Shown here piece after piece: positions 1 through 11,600 of a DNA stretch of 64,000 nucleotides. The notes under the pieces were generated by a model. The model saw only the letters and a program-made list of their open reading frames with translations, was not told the origin of the DNA and ran no database searches. The DNA comes from Vicugna vicugna (taxonomy: Eukaryota), in assembly GCA_013265495.1 (NCBI GenBank), contig MU058287.1, forward strand, positions 124,001-188,000, given 5' to 3'. A program made the position numbers and the translations under genes. Position 1 is the first letter of the stretch, and each line of letters starts with the position of its first letter.

Positions 1-469
1 CAAATGCAAAGGAATCCTTGCAGAAGTCACTCATCTGATTTCATACTGAGCCATGGTCACTTGGTGCCAAAATGCTTTTGGTATTCACTCTTGATCTTGA
101 TAATAAGAAGGAGTTACACACTATTAAAAAGCAAGACATTTGTGGAATGGAGGCGGAGTCCCTTGCAGTCTGTGTTTTACGGTGCTGCTGTTTTGTAGCT
201 CTTGTATACTTTCAACGTGGTATTTAACTCCTTCAGTCAAATCCACTTTTCATTGGACACATGTATTGCCATGGGTTGGTTTGGGGCAAGAACCGCCTTG
301 AAAGTTTTATGAACTGAAAACAAAAGAGCTTTTTATGCTATATAGTGCCACATAATATATGACTCTGTGATATACAGGAAGGCCTCCAGATGTGTTACTC
401 ACCCACCTGCGTAGGAGAAAATTACACACAGAGACACAGCACACACCAGGTATGTTGAATTGGCATGTG

Positions 470-520
470 TTATCTGTCTGTCCATCTGTCTGTCTGTCTA
501 TCTCTCCATCTATCTATCCT
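470..520. repeat. Degenerate (TCTG)n/(TCTA)n tetranucleotide repeat
   Basis: tatctgtctgtccatctgtctgtctgtctatctctccatctatctatcct. Confidence 0.75.
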
Positions 521-3009
521 ACTGTTCTCTCCTGGATTACATATATGTTTACCAAAGGTTACATAATATTCTCTAATTACATAAGAGTTTAGATGGATTT
601 TTCATTGTCATCTCCCCTTTAATTAATGTTCTTATCATCGTACAGAGGACTCCTCCAGGCCTTCCCTTATGACACCTATAAATCTCACTGCCTTCTTCCC
701 ATCTGTTCCCTCCACAGTTTTCCTTCATTCCATGATCCATGTCACTCCAGTTTTATTGCTACCCCTCAGAGTTCCATCTTCTTGTTCCCTCTGTCCACTG
801 TGTCTAAAATTAACTTAAAAATCAGCAAAATCTTCATAACAAACATTATGGTATGCTTTATGTTAACCCCATGAAAGTCCAGTGTAATCAAAATGCAGTA
901 TGTGATAGATACAAGTCATTGGAAATCTTACTCCCATAGATCAAGACAACTGTACTTTGGTCTTTTAAAATTCATATAAATGATGATTTCAGTTATTACT
1001 TAATGTGCTGCTTTTCCTATTTCAGTGCGTTGTTGGTTCTTGCCTGAGTTTGGTCAACTGGGCAGAAATTAGCAACTACAGCAATGACATAACTTGATAT
1101 TTAGACTATAGTTTTGGTGCAGTTACTTCTAATTAAGGATATTGAAGATGACCAAGTGAAATGAAATAAAACTCATCTGGATAAACTATATCACATACGG
1201 GAATAAATGTTAGAAGTCAAATGAATTTGCCCTCTAGTACAAACAGAATTGTACTAGTTTAGTGCATTCCAGAGAAAAAGGGAAAATAATATTAAGTTAA
1301 TTTAATGAAAACCACTCATGTGTAAAAAGGATAAAGATATGAATGGAATTTGGGTACATTTCCATACTTGTGGAATTGAATCCTAAACCTAAAATGACTC
1401 AGTAAATAAGCTGTGATTTCCAGACAGGCAGAATTGAGGGGGTGGAAAGATGATGCAGAAAGAATTAAACAGTAGAGAACATTCTAGAGGAACAAATGCT
1501 AGAATGACTCCAAAAACGTCCTGGAATTTTTTTTTTCATTCTGATAAATTTCTATTTATATTTCTTGGAGAGATATGGTACATTTGACCACTTCATTTCT
1601 ATCCGTAATACAAAATAATAAGAGCAACCAGCCTGCTAAGAACTCAAAGCCAGATGGTGTATATGTGTGCCATGCTGAGTTGATGGTTTGGAAATGCCAG
1701 CTCTGCAGAATGGCTGGAGCCAAATAATGCTTCAAGGTAATCCTACTTAAGAGTCAGTTGTGCATCTCTGTGTGACTTTTACATTCTTAATGTAATAAAT
1801 TTTAAGTTGCAGTGGACAACATGGTACATATAGGCAACAGAGCAAAATGTCCCTAATGTGATTTGTTAGCTGTCAGCTCAAATCGAATTTTAATAAAGTA
1901 GCAGAAATCTGGAATGGTTTAACAAAATGCTTCTTAAATAAGCAAATAACCAAAAGTCAATCCATGCTTCTCCACAGGGAATGGTGGACTGTTCCATAAT
2001 TTTTAGGGATTATTTTTTGAGGATTAGCCAGTGTGAATTAAAAAAAAAAAAAAGAACAACTAACAAAACCCAACAATTCCCCCTCTGTCTCCTGATGTTT
2101 GGAAATTAGGAGAAGATTGTTTTGTGGTGCTTCCTTTCTTTGGCCTCCACATGCTTACTTTGGGGAAGTCTTCCACAGCAGTTCAGGCATGGCGGCCATA
2201 CCATAGTCACAAGCAGGGGAGAATCAGTGGAAAGATCTACAGAGAGTGACAGGGTAGCCACCGGTAATAGTGAGGGGACTGCTGTGTTAGATGACACCAG
2301 TGGATAAGAAGACGAATCAGCTTAGAGACATATCAGACTTCATAAAGCCAATAAAGCTAATAGTCTTCTAAATTTGGCAAAATGTTTAGACTATTGCATT
2401 TATATTTGCAGAACATCTTTTGTTTTTCTCTTCTAGAATGTGAGTCTGTTTCTCCCCTTTCATTTGCATTTTAGATCTTCATAAAAGCATTTGTTTCCCA
2501 ATAATCAGCAAATCATTTATTTATTTAACAAACATTTACTGAGAAATTTAAGCCCTTGTTAAATCAGTTTTCGCTTCCTCTATTTTGCAGCTCAGCTTAT
2601 TAGGTACTACAGATTTAAGATCACTGTGCCTTCTTAGTGAACTGACCCCTTTATCATTATGACATGTTCTTCATTTTTGGTAATATAGCTTATTTTGAAA
2701 CCTATTTTTGATATTAATATAGTTATTCTTTATGACTAGTATTGATATATATTTACTTTTAGCAAATCATATCATTATACTCGAAGTGCTGTTTGTTTTT
2801 TAAATGCAGTCTGTCAATCTCTGCCTTTTAATTGGAGAGTTTAAATCCATTTGTATTTAATGTACTTATACATATTGTTGGATTAAAGTCTGATATCTTA
2901 TTGTTTTCTCTGTCTCATCTCTTCTCTGTTCTTTTTTCCCCAATTTCTGACTTCTTTTGGATTACCTTGATATTGTTAGTATTCCAACTTCCAGTATTGG
3001 TTTATTAGC

Positions 3010-3611
3010 TGTGATAGATAGAATTTCTAAACTGGCCTCCAAAGATGTCCCAGTCTAATCCTGGGAACCTGTGAATGAATGAGCTATAAGTCCTCTGATA
3101 ATACCATGATATCTAACACAGTTGACCTTAAGAAAGAGACATTATCCATGTGGACCTGATCTTATCACATGAGCCCTTAAAAGCAGAAAGCTTTTTCAGG
3201 CTGATGGCAGAAGAGGAAAGCAGAGGAGAGAGTCAGAGAGATCTGAAGCATGCCGAATATTTGATATTTGAATGTGGTGGAGGCCATTGTACGAGGATTG
3301 GAGAGCAGACACAGGAGCTGAGAGTGACCCTGGCCAACAGTGAACAAGGGAACATGAACCTCAGTCTTAGAGTCTAAAAGGACTGGACTCTACCAACAGT
3401 TACAATGAACTTGACAGTGGATTCTTTCCTTAAGCCTGAAGATAAGAACCCTGCTTGGCCAACACCACGATTTTGGTGTTGTGGTACCCTGAGCATAAGA
3501 CACCAGGCCAACCCACCTGGACTTCTGACCTAAAAAACTGTGAACTATTAAATTGATGCTTTAAGCTACAAAGTTTGTGATATTTGTTTTGTAGCACAAA
3601 CAACCAATACG
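3010..3611 (+). mobile_element. MaLR solo LTR (MLT1, about MLT1E size)
   Basis: TG start, tggcctccaaagatgtcc 5' motif, ctaataca-like 3' end, and perfect 5-bp TSD TTAGC at 3005-3009 and 3612-3616. Confidence 0.88.
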
Positions 3612-4491
3612 TTAGCTAAAGATCTCCATTTTATTCTTTTAATGGTTGCTCTAGGATTTACAATATACGTCTTTAACTTATCATTGTTTACTGACAAACA
3701 TTATGCCACTTTATATATAACTAAGAATGCAATAGTGTATGCTTTTCATTCCTTCCTTTTTGTCCTTTGTGCTATTGTTGGCATAATTTTATTTCTAAAT
3801 ACGTTTAAAATCTCATAATATATTATGTTTTTGCTTCAGTCAATTATATTTAAAAAATAAATAAATTATAAGATAAATCTTTTATATTTCTCTACATATT
3901 TACTATGTTGGCATTGCCATTGCTTTATATAGATTTAGATATATTTGATATCATAGTGTCCATTTCTTTCACTTTTTTTTGCAATGAAAGCTTATTGACA
4001 GTGACTTCTCTCAGCTTATGTTTGTCTGAGAAAGTCTTTCGCCCTAGACAGTTTTCCTTCCTGAAAGAACTTTAAGTTTATCATTTCATTATCTTCTGGC
4101 TTGTGTTATTTTACACAAGAAGTTTGAGATATTTTTCATCTTTACTTTTCTGTATATGTTGTCTTTTTCCTCTAGTGGCTTTTAAGACTTCCTCTTTAGC
4201 ACAGATTTTCAACATTTGATTTCACATGCCTGTTGTTTTCTTTGCATGTACTCCTTTGTTTAGCTTCTTGAATCTGTGGGTTTACAATTTTCAAGAAATT
4301 TGGGAAAACTTCAGCCATCATTTTTTTAAATGCTCTTTCTACATAACACCCTGCTCCTTTAGGGTAACAACACACACATGTTAGTCTGTTTGGCACCTTC
4401 TCACAGTTCACTGAGATTCTGTTAATTTTTAAAATCTTTTTTTTTCTCTGATGCATTTTGGATAGTTAATAGTGCTGTGTGTTCAGTTTTT

Positions 4492-4621
4492 CTTAAACTT
4501 TTTTTTATTGAGTTATAGTCATTTTACAATGTTTTGTCCAATTCCAGTGTAGAGCACAATTTTTCAGTTATACATGAACATACATGTATTCATTGTCACT
4601 TTTTTTTTTTTTGCTGTGAGC
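4492..4621 (-). mobile_element. Young 5'-truncated camelid-type L1 3' end
   Basis: T-rich tail followed by ttattgagttatagtcattttacaatg. Highly similar to the copy at 30139-30404. TSD TCAGTTTTT at 4483-4491 and 4622-4630. Confidence 0.85.
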
Positions 4622-5199
4622 TCAGTTTTTTAATCTTTTCTTCTGTAGTATCTAATCCAGTATTATTCCTACCCAGTGACTTTTTAATTTCAGGTAATGT
4701 CTTCTTACTTTTTAAATGTTCAATTTGGTTCTTTAAATTTTCTTTTCAAATTATTTTTATTTAACTTCTTGATTTTATTTAATTTAGTTGTTTAATGTTC
4801 TTGTCTGCTAATTCCAATATTTCTGTATGTTTTTATTGAATGCATTTCCTCTTGGTTAAGAATTTCCTACTTTTTGGCATATCTGGTAATTTTTGGTTAT
4901 TTGCTGGGTATTGTTGAATGTGTAGATTTTATCTTCCTTTAAAGAATGTAGAATTTTGTACATTAGTTACTCACAGATCAACTTGATTTTTTTGAGGCTT
5001 GTTTTTAAGTATTTTTAAGTTTGATCTAGAGTAGCCTATATTTCAGGACTATTTTAGCCCCACTGTTTAGTATGAAGAATCTTGGGTCTCTACTGAATGC
5101 CTGTTGTAGTCAACAAGGCGTCTCTGTTTGATTGGTCAGAACTTGAATACCTGTTCATTCTGAGTGAGCTCTCAGAATTTATTTAACCTTCAGCTTGTT

Positions 5200-5415
5200 T
5201 TAAGTGGACTTCTCAAAAGATCCTTAGTGACACTCACCCCTGTATAATCTCTTCCCATTGGGTTTTGGAATATCTTATGAATATGATCATTCCTGTGATT
5301 GTATTTCTTTATATGGAAAATGAGAATTATCCAGTGTGGGCCTGACCTCATCAGGTGAGCCCTTTAAAAAAGGAGATTTCTCTGGCTGATTGCAGAGGAA
5401 AAGTCCAATACATGA
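5200..5415 (+). mobile_element. MLT1 LTR fragment
   Basis: gaattatccagtgtgggcctgacctcatcaggtgagccctttaaaa resembles the equivalent part of the LTR at about 3140-3185. Confidence 0.6.
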
Positions 5416-5649
5416 AGTTGATTTATATATTTAGTACAAATATCTAGTTGTTTATGGTAGGAAGGCAAATCTGGTACTAGTTACTTGATCATGGATTTTA
5501 AAATTCACTTAATTTTACATAATTTGGAGCTCACTAAATCCTGCTATTATTAGATGATCTATAAGACTATGGAAAACTGAGTTGGAAGGAAAGGAATTAA
5601 AAGAGATTAGTCAACTATATCCCCAAAGTATGAAAACCGCTCTTTTTCA

Positions 5650-6375
5650 CCTTTTGTTTTTAAGTTATTTGGAAATATTTCAGATTAATGAAATATATAT
5701 AGAATACTGTAATAAACTTCTATATACCCAACAATCAACTTAAGAAATAAAATATTGATATGGTTGAGGCTCTTGTGTCCTTCTCTCAATTTCATACTCC
5801 TTGTAGAGATACCTGAATTTAGTGTTATTAATTCCATGTGTTTCTTCACATTTTACTTCATATATGTGCATCCTTAACTTTATCTCTACATTTTTTGAAA
5901 TTTATTTTAATAATGTTAATATGCAGCATTTAGGGGGTTTCCTTTTTTGTTTGTCTACTGTGGTGAGAATGAAAAACTGATGTGTGCTTAGATTCCGTTG
6001 TATGAATACAGCATGATTTATTTATCTACTCAACCATTAAGAGACATTTAGATTGTGTCGAATTTTTTGAATCAATGAATGCTGAAATTAACTTTCTTTC
6101 ATGTGTATGTGACTTTACAGTGAAGTCACTAGATAATAGAGTATATGAATCTTTAAATTACTAGATATGGCCAGTTCTTCATCACAGTGGTTTTCCCAGT
6201 TTGCACTCCCACTGTAAGGATTCTGATTATTCTCCATCCTTATAACTCTTGGTATTGTCAGAATTAAATTATGAATAGTTGTATAAAAGAGAAATTCTAC
6301 CTCATCGTGATCTAAATTCGTCTTTCCCTGGTTATTGATCAGGTGGGACACATTTTAATATATTCACTGCCAGAT
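5650..6375 (-). mobile_element. Ancient L1ME-type 3' region
   Basis: Typical antisense L1 3' motifs, including gacatttagattgt, ttttcccagtttgcactcccac and tttccctggttattgatcaggt. Confidence 0.65.
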
Positions 6376-8059
6376 TGTAATGGAGATTACTGTTCCCCAA
6401 TATGGCCACTACAGTTTCTCAAACCTCATCAGGTTGACATAAAAATCTAACGTCTAAAGTCATAAGATGTGCTATGAAAATTTTTCCCAAATATGAAATT
6501 ATTCCTTGCATCACTTAAATTATTTCTGGTCATCACAGCATGATACTTGCCAACACTCTAATTGTACCATGCTCAGTTATGGCAGTCTTAGCTTCTCTCA
6601 CTCTGGTTTTTCTGGTTATAGAAAAAACAAGAAACCTTAAGTCATTGAAGCCAAAATTTATGAGGAAGAATGGAACATTCCTCTAGCTAAGACTGGCTAA
6701 TAATAGCAGAATTTGGTGAATTCCAAAGAGCCTGGTGTATTGTGTATAAAAATACTGCAGGATTTTTGTTTGTTTGACTAAGCCTGGTGGTGGAATCTCC
6801 ATTACTGGGAATGTTCAAAGTGCCTCAGATAATAGTTTGAACAGAATGATTAATCTGACTGTGTCGGTGCTTTGCTGAGGGATGGATCCATATAATTTTG
6901 AAGGTTCTTCCTCCCTTTGTTCTGTGCCTCAGTGAGGAACCCATCCACTGAGCTTTCACCGATTAGTTCTACTGCCACGATCGAAATTTACCAAAAAATT
7001 TATTTTGCTGTATTTTCTAAATGGATAATGAGTAAAATTGTATCTTTTTACAAATACATCATTAGCAAATTATTTCTTGTAAAATAAACCAGAACAATTC
7101 TCCCAAATCTATTCTTGGGGCTTAATGGCTATGACTTTGAGCCCAGGGAATATGTTTTCTGCCCTTTCCATAATTTGAATTATCATTTGCCAAGCTGTAT
7201 TACGGTATGCTGCCCGCCTCCTCGTGTAGCCTGAATCATCAATACTTTTACCCCTACTTTAGGAATTTCACAAATAATTGCGTTCTAGCGTTTCAGTATT
7301 CTCTCTGTGTGATAGTCCAAGTAAACGTAGCTGATGTAAGTAATTCAATTTGTAATTGATTTGGGAATGTACAAGTGGTTGTTGTCCTTTTGGGGGGAAG
7401 ATGCTGTGGGTATCTAAGTTTACATTACATTGGAAAGATTTTATTTCATGAAGACTGAAAACCTGAGAAGGAGGTCATTTGGTCAAGTTTGACAACAGAA
7501 AATTGCTCCGTTTCAGTCTTGATTATTACATTCAGCTGATTTCTCTATGACTCACAGGCTAGATGCTTTCTACCACTTCCTTCAGTAGAAAAAAGTTTTT
7601 AATCTAAGAGATGAAATCATAGGAAGGTTTCTTCACATTTAGACTAAATTGTCTCGTTTATTATTGATCTTTTTCTGATCTTTTTCTTTGCACGTCTTAG
7701 ATGCTTCTAGACGCACTAGTCGATAGAACTAAACCACAGATGTGATGTTTTAAAATAATGGACATGTCATTCTGAGAATTGGTACAGCTTTTCTGTTGGG
7801 CCTATTGTGTCTATGCATGTTTTGCATTTGTCTTTAGGTGAGCAAGAATGGAAGTAGAGCTTGTAAGATGGATTTTCTCACCTATGATGGCAAGTTGTAA
7901 ATATCTTACTCTGTTTTTATTTGCAGTGTCAGCCCTTTAAATGTGCGTCTAATTCTCTCTTACCCTGTGTCGTGTGGCAAAGATGTAGCTTACGTACTGC
8001 CCTATAACTTGGGTCTCTTTTGATCGTATGGACTAATGCCACCCGTTGTCTCCTTCCAG

Positions 8060-8215
8060 GTTATCCAAGCTGTCTTTTTTGGCATCTGTGTGCTGACCGA
8101 TCTTTCCAGTCTTCTGACTAGAGGAAGTGGGAACCAAGAGCAAGAGAGGCAGCTCAAGAAGCTCATCTCTCTCCGGGACTGGATGCTGGCTGTCTTGGCC
8201 TTCCCTGTTGGGGTT
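8060..8215 (+). CDS. AIG1: AIG1 coding exon 2 (52 codons: [52 protein letters not shown])
   Basis: Peptide matches recalled AIG1. Acceptor tctccttccag ends at 8059, branch-like ACTAAT has its A at 8036, donor GTT|gtgagt is at 8216. 156 nt, phase 0/0. Confidence 0.96.
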
Positions 8216-8307
8216 GTGAGTATGACATAGAATGCATTTAACCACAAGAGAAACTTGGATCTTATTTCAGACTTCTAAGAGGGAAAAAAGAGCTCGTTAT
8301 AGGTTTC

Positions 8308-8688
8308 TGTACTGGGGCTGACATAGCAAAGTGCCACAGGCTGTGTGGCTTAAACAACAGAAATTTATTTCCTCCCAGTTCTGGAAGCTGGAAGTCTGAG
8401 ATCGAGGTGTCCACAGGCTTGATTTCTTCTGAGGCCAGTCTCCTTGATTTGTCAGAGGCTTCCTTTTTGTGTCTTCACGTGCTTTTTTTTTCCCTCTGCG
8501 TGTGTCCCTGTCCCAGTCTCCCCTTCTTATAAGGACACTACTCATACTGGATCAGGGCCCCTCCATGATCTCACTTAATCTTAATTGCCTCATTAAGACC
8601 CTGCCTCCAAATACAGTCACATTCTGAGACACTAGGAGTTAGAGCTTCAATGTATGAAGAGTAGGGGGACAAAGTTCAACCCATAACA
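8308..8688 (-). mobile_element. MaLR solo LTR (MLT1A/B-like) 92 bp downstream of exon 2
   Basis: TG...CA termini, ggcttaaacaacagaaatttatt motif, ccataaca end. TSD GTTTC (8303-8307) and GCTTC (8689-8693). Confidence 0.88.
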
Positions 8689-11600
8689 GCTTCTTAAGCA
8701 GCCCTAACTTAAAATGTATGTTCTGTGGGGCTATGACTGTTCTAGTATTATTAAATTTGGGAGAGGAAGTCAGTATCAGCTCATTCTTCCCTCACCCAAA
8801 GGAGCCATTAGCTAATATCACTTAAGTAAATGCTGCTTAATGTTTGAATCTATTTTGGCTTCATTGATTTTCATTGTTTGCAGTTAGATTCCCTCCACAG
8901 CTTAACTTCCTTCACAGATCTGTTAATCACCCATCGTCTGTACGGAAACCATGTTTCTTTAAAGGGCCATGGCCCCATGAGATTCTATAGTGTCTACCCT
9001 GTGTATAGCCAGAAGGATGAGCAAGCGCTTGTCAATTATGAGAAGTAAGAGTGTGTTACCCAATTCAAATTCAGAACTGTCATTGGCCAGCTGATTTCTG
9101 GGGAGAACAGAAGCCCGTGTTCCACATCCAGGGTCCTTTGTAGGCAGAGTCAGAGGCTGTTTTTTTAAATCCTTCCAATGGCTCTTGTTCATATTTGCCA
9201 GATTTATACCTGGCAGAAGCCTCTTGATGCTTCTTTTAAGACCAGTTAGTGGGCACCCAGACTATCACTGAATTACTTTTCCTATATATCGAATCGTGTT
9301 TTCTTGGATGAAACAGCCCTTAGCTCTTGACATAAACACAAGGGGAGCAGTACCATCTGGCCACACTTCTCTGCTCATTCCCTCATCCTTATCTTCTGGA
9401 AACCTAAATGAGGGCTTAGATTGATGCCATCTAACAAATCTCTCAAATTCTGTTGCTTAACATCACAGTCAGTTGCTTTATATATTGTTTAGTATTTCTT
9501 TCTTTGGATTTGCCTTTCAAAATTCAAACACTTTTTATTAGCGTAATCACCTAAGAGAAAATTTTCATTGGCATAAACTGCGAAGACCTATACTTTCCAT
9601 GTGAAAGAATTGTCTAGAAAATCCAAATCTGTATATTTTGTGTTTCTTTTCACCGGCTACTCCCTTGGAATTACCGTAGGCATGTCATTGCCTCTGGAAG
9701 TCTTCCTTGGCTAGAAGGAAAACAATAGTAACACAGTACAAAAGTAAACAGAAATACAGTATTGACGGATTTTCTCTTTGCTCCACCTCCCCTTCTGTTA
9801 TGTGGTGTCGGATTGCGTCTCTAAGGGCTTAAGTTGTATGTCTTGCCGCTCTCATCAAAGGCTCATTGCATATGCCCTTTAGACATCCATGACATTCCTT
9901 TGGCCAGAAACTTTCTGCACCTGCTTGAGACTTGAGATATTTGTCCGCCTTCAGTATCCTTCCTAAATTTAGTCTGTGTTTGCTTCATGATTTGTAAAAA
10001 GAACAGGCGTCTTTTTGTTGGCTTGTTTGATTACATCTGATGTTTTCCTTCATGTTTCACTAGTGTTGTCATCTTATCTGTATTTTGAAAGAGAGGAGAG
10101 AAGTAATAATACCTTTGATTTCACCTTCACCCCCTTTTAAACCGGAAATCCTAATAGCGTATGTTCATTACGTAATGTATTCACTGCATACATTGCATAA
10201 CGTATGCACCTCCCCTCGTCCCCTCACTGACGAGCTTCACAGAAGAATTCAAAGAATAAATAATGAATCAGAGATGTGCAGTTTCACCGATTCCTTTAAC
10301 TCTTATTTTTTTCTTGCCCACTGACATTTTATAGTCAATATTTATGTTTTTCATAAACTTCTCTGTTATTATGAGTCATTTTCCCTCTTATAGTAACTAG
10401 CCTTTTATTTTTTCTGAATTTGTTGGAACCTCTCTCTCTCCCCCACCCTCTCTTTTCTTTCCTGCTCTTTTTCTTTTTCCGTCTGTCTCTTTAATATTAG
10501 GACGAATCCCAGCCAATAATCCCCTTACATGGTCCACTGTTTCTTACTCTGTCATTTGATGTTTTGTATCCGTTTTCCTGATTTGTCCCTCTACTCCACA
10601 GAAATTCATTCTGAGGCAAAAAACTGATAAATGCCTTCTTCCTAGACCCCATTAATTTGATTGTGAAGTCATATTTACTGGGGATATGGATTTGGCTGTT
10701 TCTAATCATTTTAACCCAAAGTATTTGTTCATTAAAATATGGAGTTTTTTTGATTTTTAGCCTGTCTTTCCCCAGGGTTATTTCTCAGCTTTCCTTTCTG
10801 GTGAGCCCTAGTCTGTGCTGCAACTTCTCGGGTCCCCGTCTCTTCTGCCTCCCGCATCTCTCCCAGCTGCTCGATAGGGTCTGGAATTCCATGGTAGTTT
10901 CATCACTTAAGATCTCCTTCCTTGTTAAAATGTGAACTCTTCCTGAAGCAACGCCACTAGGAATCACTTGAAAAGATGTCCTCCTTATTCTTCCTGTGGC
11001 TCCCGGCCTGGGAGGGAGGTGCCTGGCCCAAAGAGTGTGCCCAGGACCTGTAGGCATCTGTAGGGTAAAAGCGCCTATCATGTGCGCAAATGGTGAGTTA
11101 TCCCATTTGTAATTAAACACCTCGTACCACGTTGGTTGACACAGTCTAAATCCTAAAGGGCAGACCCCAACGCTCTCCCTGTGCCCAGAAAGCCTGGGGT
11201 ATGGTTCAAGCTTTCTTTCCTAGGAAGGCGCAGAGGCCCCACATAGAAGCCTGCACTTGGTCCCCAGAGGCCTCCAGGCTCCGACTGCCCGCCAGGTGAC
11301 TGCCAACCTCCCAGAGGACTTCTATTCCCCTTCCTCCTGGCTCCCTTGGCCCCACGCCTTTTGTTTGTGACCCACAAGTTTGCTGGCGAAAGCAATGTTA
11401 TTTTTGCTTCCTGATGCAGGGCAAAAAGGCCACAGGCATAAAAAGAGGGCAGGATGGCAGCCGAATGTCTCACCTCTGCTCACATTTTCCCAAAGACACC
11501 TCTTAGCCCCGAGCTTTTCCTCGTACTCCCATGATCTCTCTCTCTCACCTCAGCTGCGACTCTGGCAACAAGAAAGGCCCGGGTAGCTTCTCTAGGATTT

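Larger units (their letters stand above)
2560..5190 (-). mobile_element. Old L1 (L1M-type) fragment covering ORF1 and the start of ORF2, interrupted by two later insertions
   Basis: Minus-strand ORF 4196-4456 contains KMMAEVFPNFLKIVNPQIQEAKQR (ORF1p-like). Near 2640-2660 the minus strand reads IMIKGSV, an L1 endonuclease motif. Confidence 0.8.

Noticed and set aside
1234..1257. 9-bp hairpin CTAGTACAA-N6-TTGTACTAG
   Set aside because: Too short for a pre-miRNA or snoRNA and plausible by chance in 64 kb.
8036..8230. ORF-track 64-aa ORF as a stand-alone gene
   Set aside because: It is AIG1 exon 2 plus intronic flanks. Its ATG lies in the branch-point region.
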